A stretch of DNA of 13,764 bases from contig DUFS01000058.1 of assembly GCA_013331805.1 (NCBI GenBank), positions 1 to 13,764 of the forward strand. The letters are read 5' to 3'. Each line of letters starts with the position of its first letter. Position 1 is the first letter of the stretch. The position numbers and the translations under genes were made by a program. Below the pieces are notes generated by a model. That model was not told where the DNA came from. It did no database searches and worked only from the letters and a program-made list of their open reading frames with translations. Positions 1-7,023 of the stretch are shown here, in pieces. This stretch comes from Candidatus Micrarchaeota archaeon (lineage in GTDB: Archaea; Micrarchaeota; Micrarchaeia; Anstonellales; Anstonellaceae).

Positions 1-1794
1 GGCATCAGATACGAGGGCGGAAGCGCCACCAACGGACGGATAACGGACTCGAACATATCCTCCACCACAGGCGGGCAAGCCATCCTTCTCTACAACGGAG
101 CGAACTACAACACCATAAACAACGTGAATGTCAGCAACCCTAACTATATTGCAATAGACCTTCAGGCAAACATCATCGGAACTGTAATCGCCAACAGCAC
201 CCTGAGCTCCAACGGTGGGTTGTATGGCATCAGAGTCTATGGCTCCAGCCACAATAATACGATCACCAACACATCAGTAACCACAGCAGGGGCAACGCAT
301 GGCGTTTATGTTACCTCAAGTTCAGCCAACGTTTCCATAGATTGCCAAGACAAGTCAATCATCGGCACCAACACCACCTCAACATACGGCGTCTATTCCG
401 ATAGCTTCAACACCACGATAAGGAACTGCCAGATAAGCAACTTTGAAAGCGGCATAAAGATAGATTCAACTACCTCGGCAACAGTGAGAAACAATACCGT
501 ATCCAATATCACAGGAGCCAATGGCTACGGCATCCTGCTGTGCAACTCTGCCAGTTCGCTCGTCACCAATAACACCGTCAACTCCAGCGGGCCAGCCTAC
601 ACTTCGATAGGGCTTTCCTGCGGCGGCCCGATAAACGACAATACCGTATCCAATAACATCGTCTATGCCTACAGCGAAGCATATGGTGCCATCTACCTTT
701 CCCTGGGTGCGAACAACAATCTGATTAGCAACAACTCGATAACTGCCATCGGCACGCACGGCATAGGCATAACCTACGGGACAAACAACAACAACACGCT
801 GCGAAACAACACGATAAGCATATCCGGCAGTTACAGCGGCATATACAATGGTCTGGCGGCCACCAACCTGACTATCGATTGCGCTGGAGCCACCATAACC
901 GGAAACAACAGTTCAAACTCGTATGGCATCTACTCCAACGGTTTCAACACCACAATCCAGAACTGCAACATCCTCTATTTCGCAAACGGGATTTATTTCC
1001 AAGGCGCAGCCAACGGGTCGGTGCAGGACAGCAATGTCACGAACAACACCGAGACCGGGGTGAAAATCCTGGCCTCCAACTACACCTCGCTTTCGTCAAG
1101 CTACGTCTGCTTCAACGCAATGGACATAGACAACTCAGGCACGGGGAACACCGGCTCAAACGACAGGTGCGACTCGTTCCTGGACTGGTCGGAAAACGGC
1201 AGGTCGGGCTGCGAGAGGGCATGCACAACTTTATGGCACAGGCTGTACGGCAACGTTTCCGGGCTTATCACCCTCGGGAACTCCAGCCTGTACCCCTACC
1301 TCTACAACTGGACCACGTCCAACGCAACGAACGTGTACATAACGGACTACGACTCCAGCCCCAGCTGGTACCAGCTCCAGGCAATCGGCAAGAACACCAG
1401 CAACGGCTCTGCCTCCAATGACTTCGTGGAGCTGGACATCGCCCTTAATGCAACGAGTTATGCGGACAACATCAACGTTTCGTTCTCCACAGACGGCTCG
1501 GCTCCCAAGGAGACCAGGAACTACACCATATGGGGCAAGCTGGTGGAAAACGTGCCCATTGCCAATTCCTCTGCATTCAACTCCAGCTTCAAGACAGGGG
1601 TGCTCTGGGACATGTCAGGAGGCGGCTCGGAATACAGCAATGTCACCAAGCAGACCACGGTCTGGATTGCCAAGGTGAACAAGAGCGCAACCGACGTGTA
1701 CGGCACCTATGACTTCCTCATTGAGATACCCTACACGCTCTCCTATTACCAGGCAGGGAACAACCTCGTTTCGCTTTATGCCGAGCTTGAGTAG
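1..1794 (+). CDS. Large extracellular right-handed parallel beta-helix (NosD/PbH1-like) repeat protein, 5'-truncated by the window edge; probable surface glycoprotein/adhesin
   Basis: The frame is open from base 1 (GIRYEGGSATNGRITDSNISS...), so the GTG at 124 is not the true start. Repeated G-I-Y/N-N-T-I-x-N-N-T-I beta-helix coils and very many N-x-S/T sequons. Distinct C-terminal domain (WHRLYGNVSG...FKTGVLWD...LYAELE) with no transmembrane anchor. Confidence 0.85.
   Translation, partial: GIRYEGGSATNGRITDSNISSTTGGQAILLYNGANYNTINNVNVSNPNYIAIDLQANIIGTVIANSTLSSNGGLYGIRVYGSSHNNTITNTSVTTAGATHGVYVTSSSANVSIDCQDKSIIGTNTTSTYGVYSDSFNTTIRNCQISNFESGIKIDSTTSATVRNNTVSNITGANGYGILLCNSASSLVTNNTVNSSGPAYTSIGLSCGGPINDNTVSNNIVYAYSEAYGAIYLSLGANNNLISNNSITAIGTHGIGITYGTNNNNTLRNNTISISGSYSGIYNGLAATNLTIDCAGATITGNNSSNSYGIYSNGFNTTIQNCNILYFANGIYFQGAANGSVQDSNVTNNTETGVKILASNYTSLSSSYVCFNAMDIDNSGTGNTGSNDRCDSFLDWSENGRSGCERACTTLWHRLYGNVSGLITLGNSSLYPYLYNWTTSNATNVYITDYDSSPSWYQLQAIGKNTSNGSASNDFVELDIALNATSYADNINVSFSTDGSAPKETRNYTIWGKLVENVPIANSSAFNSSFKTGVLWDMSGGGSEYSNVTKQTTVWIAKVNKSATDVYGTYDFLIEIPYTLSYYQAGNNLVSLYAELE
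328..993 (+). repeat. Internal protein-level repeat in the beta-helix protein (328-456 vs 865-993)
   Basis: NVSIDCQDKSIIGTNTTSTYGVYSDSFNTTIRNCQISNFESGI vs NLTIDCAGATITGNNSSNSYGIYSNGFNTTIQNCNILYFANGI: 22/43 identical without gaps, both Cys conserved. Confidence 0.85.
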
Positions 1795-1800
1795 GCTGCA

Positions 1801-1827
1801 TTTGCCCTGCCTATGGGGCGGGGCGGA
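1801..1827 (+). terminator. GC-rich hairpin just after the beta-helix gene stop
   Basis: GCCCTGCC (1804-1811) pairs with GGCGGGGC (1817-1824) with one G-U; extendable by wobbles. No clear U-tract follows. Confidence 0.4.
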
Positions 1828-1843
1828 AAGATGGTTGGAACAG

Positions 1844-1851
1844 TTATAAAT
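1844..1851 (+). promoter_or_regulatory. TATA box for ribB (probably leaderless mRNA)
   Basis: TTATAAAT ending about 22 nt before ATG 1874, with a purine-rich BRE-like stretch upstream. Confidence 0.65.
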
Positions 1852-1873
1852 CTTCAACGGCATAGCCGTGGGC

Positions 1874-2521
1874 ATGGGGGGCTTAGAGAAGGCTGTTTCT
1901 GCGCTCATTAAAGGGGAGTTCGTCATGCTCCATGACGGCAAGGGCAGGGAGAACGAGGCTGACATGGTGCTCCTTGCGGAAAGGATAACCCCTGAAAAGG
2001 TGCGGCAGATGAGGAAGGATGCCGGCGGGCTGATCTGCGTTTCAATGGACATGATTGCCGCAAAAAGGCTGAAGCTCCCTTTTGCGCTGAGCGTGCTTGA
2101 GGCTGCCAAAAACCCCCTGGCCCCAATGGGCAGGAAGAAAACCGCCTATGGCGACATGCCGGCCTTTTCAATATCCATAAACCACCTTTCCACTTTCACC
2201 GGGATAACTGACAATGACAGGGCGAAAACCATCCTGGAGTTTGCGAAACTGGTCAAAAGAAAGGGAGGAGTATCCGAGTTCAAGGGGAATTTCAGGGCAA
2301 TCGGGCACGTCTTTCTCCTGGTGAGCAGGGGATTGGAGAACCGGAGGGGGCATACCGAGCTTTCGGTGGAGCTTGCCAAAAGGGCGGGAGCAAACCCTGT
2401 GCTGGTGCTCTGCGAGATGCTATCTGATACTGGCAATGCGGCAACCAGGCAGGAGGCAATGTATTATGCAAGGAAGAAAAAGCTTGCATTCCTGGAAGGA
2501 AAGGAGCTGGTGAGAGGATGA
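1874..2521 (+). CDS. ribB: 3,4-dihydroxy-2-butanone 4-phosphate synthase (archaeal type)
   Basis: Motifs D-x-x-x-RENEAD, GGLICV, FSISINH..TFTGITDNDRAKTI, GHV, RRGHTE, LCEML. Start is ATG 1874 or GTG 1868. Confidence 0.95.
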   Translation: MGGLEKAVSALIKGEFVMLHDGKGRENEADMVLLAERITPEKVRQMRKDAGGLICVSMDMIAAKRLKLPFALSVLEAAKNPLAPMGRKKTAYGDMPAFSISINHLSTFTGITDNDRAKTILEFAKLVKRKGGVSEFKGNFRAIGHVFLLVSRGLENRRGHTELSVELAKRAGANPVLVLCEMLSDTGNAATRQEAMYYARKKKLAFLEGKELVRG

Positions 2522-2596
2522 AGGCAGGGTTTGCTGGTTGGAAGGAAATGGGATAATTGAGCCTGCGGGGCTTTAGCGGAAACGCATGCACGTGCC

Positions 2597-3634
2597 TCAC
2601 TTTACAATGAACAGCGCCTTTTGCAATAGCGGGTCTGAAAGATGGTATTTCCCATCTTTCTTTTCTACGAACGAATAGTCGACCAGCCTTCCAAGCGCAA
2701 AATTGAACAGGTTGGGGTTCAGCTGCTTTCCGAGCTCCCGCCCTGTTCTAGCCCTAAGCTCATCCCAACCGATACCGTCCGTGCTTCTGAGCATGCCAAT
2801 GTAGAGTTTCTTATTCTTGGTTTTTTTAAGAAAATGCACCAGTTCCGAAGCGGCAATCTGCGCTGCCCTTTGGCTTGTTTTTGCCAGTGCATCCTTGCTT
2901 CTCCTTATGCCCCTCTCATAGCCATATAGCGTGAGCCACCCTATCAGGCCACCAAGCTCTGCCACTGCACAGTCAATCTCGTCTGCGTCGATGCCTATCC
3001 CCAGCTGTTCAAATCCCTTCCCCAAATATTCCATCGCCTTGCTCTTATCAAGCCGGTTCATCACCACCTTTGTTATCTCCCTCCCGTACAGCGGGTGTTC
3101 CGAGTCGCTTTCGCCAAGGATTTCCTCAACCAGCCCTATTTCGCTTCCGGATATCACAAAAGAAACATGGGGGAAACGGTCATAGATGTAGGAAAGAACA
3201 TCCGCCAGGTCCTTCACTTTCATTCTTTGGGCCTCATCAACGAATACGCAAATTTGTCCGGAGCTCCGAATCTTCTTTTCCATCTCATTCTGGCTTCCGT
3301 TATCAAGCTTAATGTCAAACCCGACGCCAAAAGCGGAAAGGTTGAGGCTCTCTATTTTCCCGAAAATCTTTGGCTTGCCGGTTTTTGCAGTTTCGTAGAT
3401 TGCGGCAAAAACCTCCTTTTTCGGGTCAGCGACAATCCTGCCGTCGAGCCACAATTTCAGCCCCTTTGTTTCGTTATAAATCAAGTTGAGGAGGCTGGTT
3501 TTGCCCACCCGCCTGACCCCGACAACGGCGATTATCTTCTCCTTCCTCTCCAGGGCTTTCTTGACCTGCCCATATTCATAATCGTAATTGAAGAAGTCCT
3601 GCTTATTGCTTTTCGGCTCTATCTCGAAGTACAT
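2597..3634 (-). CDS. Archaeal AAA+/STAND-like ATPase (COG1672/ATPase_2 type) with C-terminal winged helix
   Basis: MYF...DFFNY N-terminus, Walker A GVRRVGKTS, Walker B VFVDEAQ, ISGSEIG, PLYGR, GGLIGWL, C-terminal wHTH ending L..YSFVEK.DGKYHLSDPLL. Confidence 0.88.
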   Translation of the reverse strand: MYFEIEPKSNKQDFFNYDYEYGQVKKALERKEKIIAVVGVRRVGKTSLLNLIYNETKGLKLWLDGRIVADPKKEVFAAIYETAKTGKPKIFGKIESLNLSAFGVGFDIKLDNGSQNEMEKKIRSSGQICVFVDEAQRMKVKDLADVLSYIYDRFPHVSFVISGSEIGLVEEILGESDSEHPLYGREITKVVMNRLDKSKAMEYLGKGFEQLGIGIDADEIDCAVAELGGLIGWLTLYGYERGIRRSKDALAKTSQRAAQIAASELVHFLKKTKNKKLYIGMLRSTDGIGWDELRARTGRELGKQLNPNLFNFALGRLVDYSFVEKKDGKYHLSDPLLQKALFIVK

Positions 3635-3655
3635 GGTGGTGTTTTGGGGGGCACA

Positions 3656-3720
3656 TTTATAAAGTTAAGTAAAATCGATATTTACTTAATCCAAGTTAAG
3701 TCAATTGAAGTCATATGAAG
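3656..3720 (-). promoter_or_regulatory. ATPase promoter: TATA box plus operator-like repeat array
   Basis: TTTATAAA (3656-3663) lies about 21 nt from the ATG at 3634. Perfect inverted repeat TTAAGTAAA-N7-TTTACTTAA (3665-3689), plus T(T/G)AAG copies at 3696, 3706 and 3716. Confidence 0.65.
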
Positions 3721-3786
3721 AATGTGCATTACGCGAAAATAGATTGGAAAAGATGCCGCCGCCTGCGCCCTCAGCGTAGATACTCC

Positions 3787-3793
3787 TTTAAAT
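3787..3793 (+). promoter_or_regulatory. Candidate TATA box for the ribC-ribH-ribD operon
   Basis: TTTAAAT, the only TATA-like element close upstream of the ribC ORF. Confidence 0.45.
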
Positions 3794-3857
3794 CCCCTTT
3801 TTCCTTGTTATGCGGGGCATGAATCCGATGAAACAACGCAAAATCCAGAAGGCTTCA

Positions 3858-3980
3858 GCATCGAGCAGCGGCTCGATGTCTGATGCGTTTTCCCAAGGAA
3901 AACGCGCATCGTCTCCTTTCTCCCCAACTGCTTCGCAAAGCGCAAGTGTTGCAAATATTGCCACGATGCGTCGTGGCAGT
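3858..3980 (+). other. Cluster of three perfect hairpins upstream of the conserved ribC core (candidate structured leader or palindromic insertion)
   Basis: CATCGAGC-agcg-GCTCGATG (3859-3878); GCGTTTTCC-caa-GGAAAACGC (3885-3905); TGCCACGA-tgcg-TCGTGGCA (3959-3978). Confidence 0.6.
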
Positions 3981-3989
3981 GCTTCTCAG

Positions 3990-4454
3990 TTGCGGATCGG
4001 GATAGTCGACACCATGTTTGCCAGGGTGGACATGGCTGCGTTTGCTGTTGATGAGATAAAGGGGAAGTTTCCTGGTGCCAGAATTGTGAGGAGCACTGTT
4101 CCTGGAGTGAAGGATCTGGCAGCAGGCTGCGTGATTCTGGACAGGAAGGAAAAGTGCGACGTTTACTTGGCGCTTGGCATGGTGGGAAAGGAGCCCATTG
4201 ACACGCAGTGCGGACATGAAGCTTCAATAGGCATACAGATGGCAAAGATGCTGCTTCGGAAGCACATAGTGGAAGCATTCGTGCATGAGTTTGAGGGAAA
4301 GGATGAGAAGGATCTTTATTCAATTTTCGAGGACAGGACAAGGAAGCACGCTGTGAATGCCGTTCTTCTGGTTTCCGACCCGAAGCAGTTGGAAAGGTAC
4401 GCGGGAAAGGGAAAGAGGCAGGGAAGAAGCGATGCTGGGGAGATAAAGAGGTAA
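3990..4454 (+). CDS. ribC: Archaeal-type riboflavin synthase (lumazine synthase paralog)
   Basis: RIGIVDTMFARVDM, TVPGVKDL, CGHEASIG, HIVEAFVHEFE, RTRKHAVN, AGKGKRQG match the archaeal RibC family. The homologous core begins at an in-frame TTG at 3990, but the frame is open back to ATG 3810, so the start is uncertain. Confidence 0.9.
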   Translation: MRIGIVDTMFARVDMAAFAVDEIKGKFPGARIVRSTVPGVKDLAAGCVILDRKEKCDVYLALGMVGKEPIDTQCGHEASIGIQMAKMLLRKHIVEAFVHEFEGKDEKDLYSIFEDRTRKHAVNAVLLVSDPKQLERYAGKGKRQGRSDAGEIKR

Positions 4455-4458
4455 TGCC

Positions 4459-4884
4459 ATGGAAGAAAAAAAAGTGAGGATCGGGATAGTGGGCTCGCAG
4501 TTCAACCTGGAGATAACTGCGCCCATGCTTTCGGAAGCGGTAAGCGAGGCGAAAAGAAAGGGTGCCGAAGTCGTTGCCGTGCTTGAGGTGCCGGGCGCTT
4601 ATGAAATACCGTTTGCGGTCTCCAGGCTTCTTGCCAGAAAGGACATTGACTGCGTGGCAACAGTGGGCGCTGTGATAAAAGGGGAGACCAAGCACGACGA
4701 GGCGATAATGGCGGCGATATGCGCTGAGTTGCTTTCGCTTTCTGTGAGGCATGGGAAACCCGTGGGGCTCGGCATTTCCGGTCCTGGGCAGACAGAGGCG
4801 CAGGCAAAGGCAAGGGTGAAAGACTATGCGCACAGGGCTGTGCATGCCGCGCTTCACATGGCGAAATTGAAATACCAGGGCTAG
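4459..4884 (+). CDS. ribH: 6,7-dimethyl-8-ribityllumazine synthase
   Basis: IGIVGSQFNLEIT, VPGAYEIP, GAVIKGETKHD, KPVGLGI motifs; GAGGT RBS upstream overlapping the ribC stop. Confidence 0.95.
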   Translation: MEEKKVRIGIVGSQFNLEITAPMLSEAVSEAKRKGAEVVAVLEVPGAYEIPFAVSRLLARKDIDCVATVGAVIKGETKHDEAIMAAICAELLSLSVRHGKPVGLGISGPGQTEAQAKARVKDYAHRAVHAALHMAKLKYQG

Positions 4885-5973
4885 GTGCTTTTTTTGGAAT
4901 GGAATGCAAGCGACAGGAAGTTCATGAAAAGGGCGCTTTTACTTGCGGCTAAGGGCGAAGGCAGGGTGTCACCCAATCCGCTGGTCGGCGCTGTTGTCGT
5001 GAAAAAGGGAAGGATTATTGGCGAGGGGTACCACGAAAAGTTCGGAGGGCCGCACGCAGAGGCGAATGCGCTGCGGGGAATTGATGCTGCTGGCGCTACT
5101 ATGTACGTGACACTGGAGCCCTGCTGCCCCTGCGTGCCGAAAAAGAAAACCCCTGCCTGCACGCCGCTTATTGTCAGGTCCGGCGTTACGCGCGTGGTGA
5201 TCGGGGCAAGGGACATACACCCCAATGTTTGCGGGATCGAGGAGCTGCGCGCTTCTGGGATAAGGGTGGAGGAAGGCCTGCTGGAAGAGGAATCGAAAAG
5301 GCTGAACGAACCTTTCATCTGGCGCTTGAAGACAGGGAGAGCCTTCTCTGTGGCAAAAATGGCGCAGTCCTTAAACGGGAGAATAGGCATAAGGGGAAAG
5401 GCAAGGGTGTGGCTTTCGGGAAAGGAGTTTGACAAATTCGCGCAGGTGATGCGGAGCAGGTACGATGCAATACTGGTCGGGATAAACACTGTTCTTGAGG
5501 ATGATCCCGCGCTCACATGCAGGATAAAAGGCGGAAGGAATCCGGTGAGAATAATCCTGGACAGCGCCCTTAGGGTTCCGCTTGGCGCAAAGGCTCTGAA
5601 GAATGCCAAAAGGGAGAAAGTGATCGTGGTTTCAGGCAAGGGGGGTACTAGGGGAAAAGCTGCAGCCTTGAGGAAGATGGGCGTGCGGGTGCTGCCGCTC
5701 GGGAACGGGAGAGTCTCGATAAAAAAGCTGCTTTACCTGCTGCCCAAGCTCGGGATAAGCTCCGTGATTATCGAGGGGGGCGCGAAAGTGACAGGCTCTG
5801 CGCTTGCCGAGGGAGCAGTTGACAAGGCTGTGGTGGCAGTCAGCAGGAAGAAAATTTTGGGAAGAGGGGCGGTAGCCTCGCCGTTCACGAAAAAAACGAT
5901 CCAGGGGCTCAGCAGGAGAAAAATGGGAAAGGACACGGTATACGAAGGCTACCTGAGCGAATACTCGAAATAG
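4885..5973 (+). CDS. ribD: Bifunctional diaminohydroxyphosphoribosylaminopyrimidine deaminase / 5-amino-6-(5-phosphoribosylamino)uracil reductase
   Basis: Deaminase: SPNPLVGAV, G.H...G.PHAE, YVTLEPC...C. Reductase: KMAQSLNG, DAILVGINTVLEDDPAL, IIEGGA. GTG start abuts the ribH stop; ATG 4924 is an alternative. Confidence 0.95.
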   Translation: MLFLEWNASDRKFMKRALLLAAKGEGRVSPNPLVGAVVVKKGRIIGEGYHEKFGGPHAEANALRGIDAAGATMYVTLEPCCPCVPKKKTPACTPLIVRSGVTRVVIGARDIHPNVCGIEELRASGIRVEEGLLEEESKRLNEPFIWRLKTGRAFSVAKMAQSLNGRIGIRGKARVWLSGKEFDKFAQVMRSRYDAILVGINTVLEDDPALTCRIKGGRNPVRIILDSALRVPLGAKALKNAKREKVIVVSGKGGTRGKAAALRKMGVRVLPLGNGRVSIKKLLYLLPKLGISSVIIEGGAKVTGSALAEGAVDKAVVAVSRKKILGRGAVASPFTKKTIQGLSRRKMGKDTVYEGYLSEYSK

Positions 5974-5990
5974 CCGTCCCAGGGGTTCTC
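5949..5990 (-). pseudogene. Orphaned 3' end of the gpmA-like gene (ENPWDGYFEYSLR*)
   Basis: Minus strand reads GAG AAC CCC TGG GAC GGC TAT TTC GAG TAT TCG CTC AGG TAG. The first 11 aa are identical to the C-terminus of the 7024-7662 protein. It overlaps the last 25 nt of ribD. Confidence 0.85.
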
Positions 5991-5991
5991 A
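5962..5991. repeat. 30-bp direct repeat, copy 1 (left flank of the Fic cassette)
   Basis: TACTCGAAATAGCCGTCCCAGGGGTTCTCA; 28/30 identical to 7040-7069. Confidence 0.92.
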
Positions 5992-5995
5992 GGCT

Positions 5996-6910
5996 TCACC
6001 TTTCAGTTTCACTCCTGAGAGTGTATTGCCCGACCAGCTGCCTTCCTAAGAAATTGGCAAAAGGCTTGTTGTCCCCAGCGTCGCCAGCCTCTATTGCGGA
6101 ATAATACTCCTGCTTGTTCTTCACGTAGATGATGACCGGCGGGAAGCGGTTTTTAATCAAAATCCAGTTGAGGATAAGCCTTGCCGTGCGCCCGTTCCCG
6201 TCGGTGAATGGATGGATTTGCACGAATCGGTTGTGGAGCCAAGCAGCAAGCTCGATTGGGTGGAGCTTTTTCCGTTTCTTTGAATATTCGGCGCACATCC
6301 CTTTCATCTGTTTTGGCACGTGTAGGGGGCTTGGGGGCCTCCATTCCGAACCAGTGATGCCGACCTGCGAATCGCGGTATTCGCCCTGGATGCGGCAGGC
6401 TGTGTTTTTCGTGACGTGGTATTGCAGCTTTTTGACAAATGCTTCGCTTAGCTGGCCCCTGTTGGCTTGTGCAAAATCCCAGGCATCCTTTCCGTTGATT
6501 GCCTCAATCACCGAGTCCGTGCCAGTGCCCTGGGGGGCGATTTTATCCGCCAATACGAGGGCGGTTTCCCTCAGGGTGAGCGGATTGCCCTCGATGGCAT
6601 TGGAGTTGTAGGTGAAGCGGATGACGAAGTCCTTTGGAATGGCGTCTTCTGGAAAGGACTTGAAAATGACTGCGGATGCGCGCAGGTCTTCGAGCTGTTC
6701 GGCAAGATCAACCTCCAAATGCTCGGCAGAATACGGCTTTGGGGCTTTTTTCTCAATTTCGACAAGCAATTCCTGTAGTTTCTCCCTTGGCGGCACTATC
6801 GGCCCAAGGAAAATCCTGACCTTTTTGACCTTGGTGGGTGAAACCCGGAAGCTTTTGACAAGGTAATAATAGGTGTGTGCCCCGTGCTTTTGCTTTTCTA
6901 TGAATGCCAT
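5996..6910 (-). CDS. Fic family protein (class II, autoinhibited AMPylase) with N-terminal beta-strand domain
   Basis: Canonical HPFTDGNGRTAR Fic motif and upstream inhibitory motif SNAIEGN (S/TxxxEG/N). N-terminus MAFIEKQKHGAHTYYYLVKSFRV...KVKKVRIFLG. Confidence 0.93.
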   Translation of the reverse strand: MAFIEKQKHGAHTYYYLVKSFRVSPTKVKKVRIFLGPIVPPREKLQELLVEIEKKAPKPYSAEHLEVDLAEQLEDLRASAVIFKSFPEDAIPKDFVIRFTYNSNAIEGNPLTLRETALVLADKIAPQGTGTDSVIEAINGKDAWDFAQANRGQLSEAFVKKLQYHVTKNTACRIQGEYRDSQVGITGSEWRPPSPLHVPKQMKGMCAEYSKKRKKLHPIELAAWLHNRFVQIHPFTDGNGRTARLILNWILIKNRFPPVIIYVKNKQEYYSAIEAGDAGDNKPFANFLGRQLVGQYTLRSETER

Positions 6911-6913
6911 TGT

Positions 6914-6990
6914 ATGGCTACAAAGTTAAAGTATATAAATATTGTGCCCATAATGACTACAAATATAGATATTATATAAAATGTAGCCAT
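6914..6990 (-). promoter_or_regulatory. Fic promoter: two tandem 39-bp inverted-repeat units, each enclosing a TATA-like element
   Basis: ATGGCTACA-N20-TGTGCCCAT (6914-6951) and ATGACTACA-N20-TGTAGCCAT (6953-6990). TATATAAA at 6932-6939 and 6973-6980; the first lies about 21 nt from the Fic ATG. Confidence 0.75.
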
Positions 6991-7023
6991 ATGATCAAAT
7001 TGTTGTCGCCTCATACCGGACGG

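Noticed and set aside
2536..3780. Direct repeat flanking the ATPase gene (GCCTGCG at 2561 and 3761 with loosely similar context)
   Set aside because: Only 7 bp are exact, which is compatible with chance; no convincing insertion scar.
3810..3990. Canonical FMN (RFN) riboswitch upstream of ribC
   Set aside because: The conserved RFN blocks (e.g. GGGYGAAAUUCCC, AGUCYGGAUG) are not visible; only generic hairpins are present.
3808..4857. Long alternative-frame ORFs (e.g. 3808-4857 -, 4881-5639 -, 10376-11452 +, 12973-13713 +)
   Set aside because: Antisense shadows of well-supported genes in GC-rich sequence, with no recognisable motifs.
6914..6999. Mini CRISPR array
   Set aside because: The units are 9-bp half-sites in alternating orientation with similar AT-rich spacers, and there are no cas genes.
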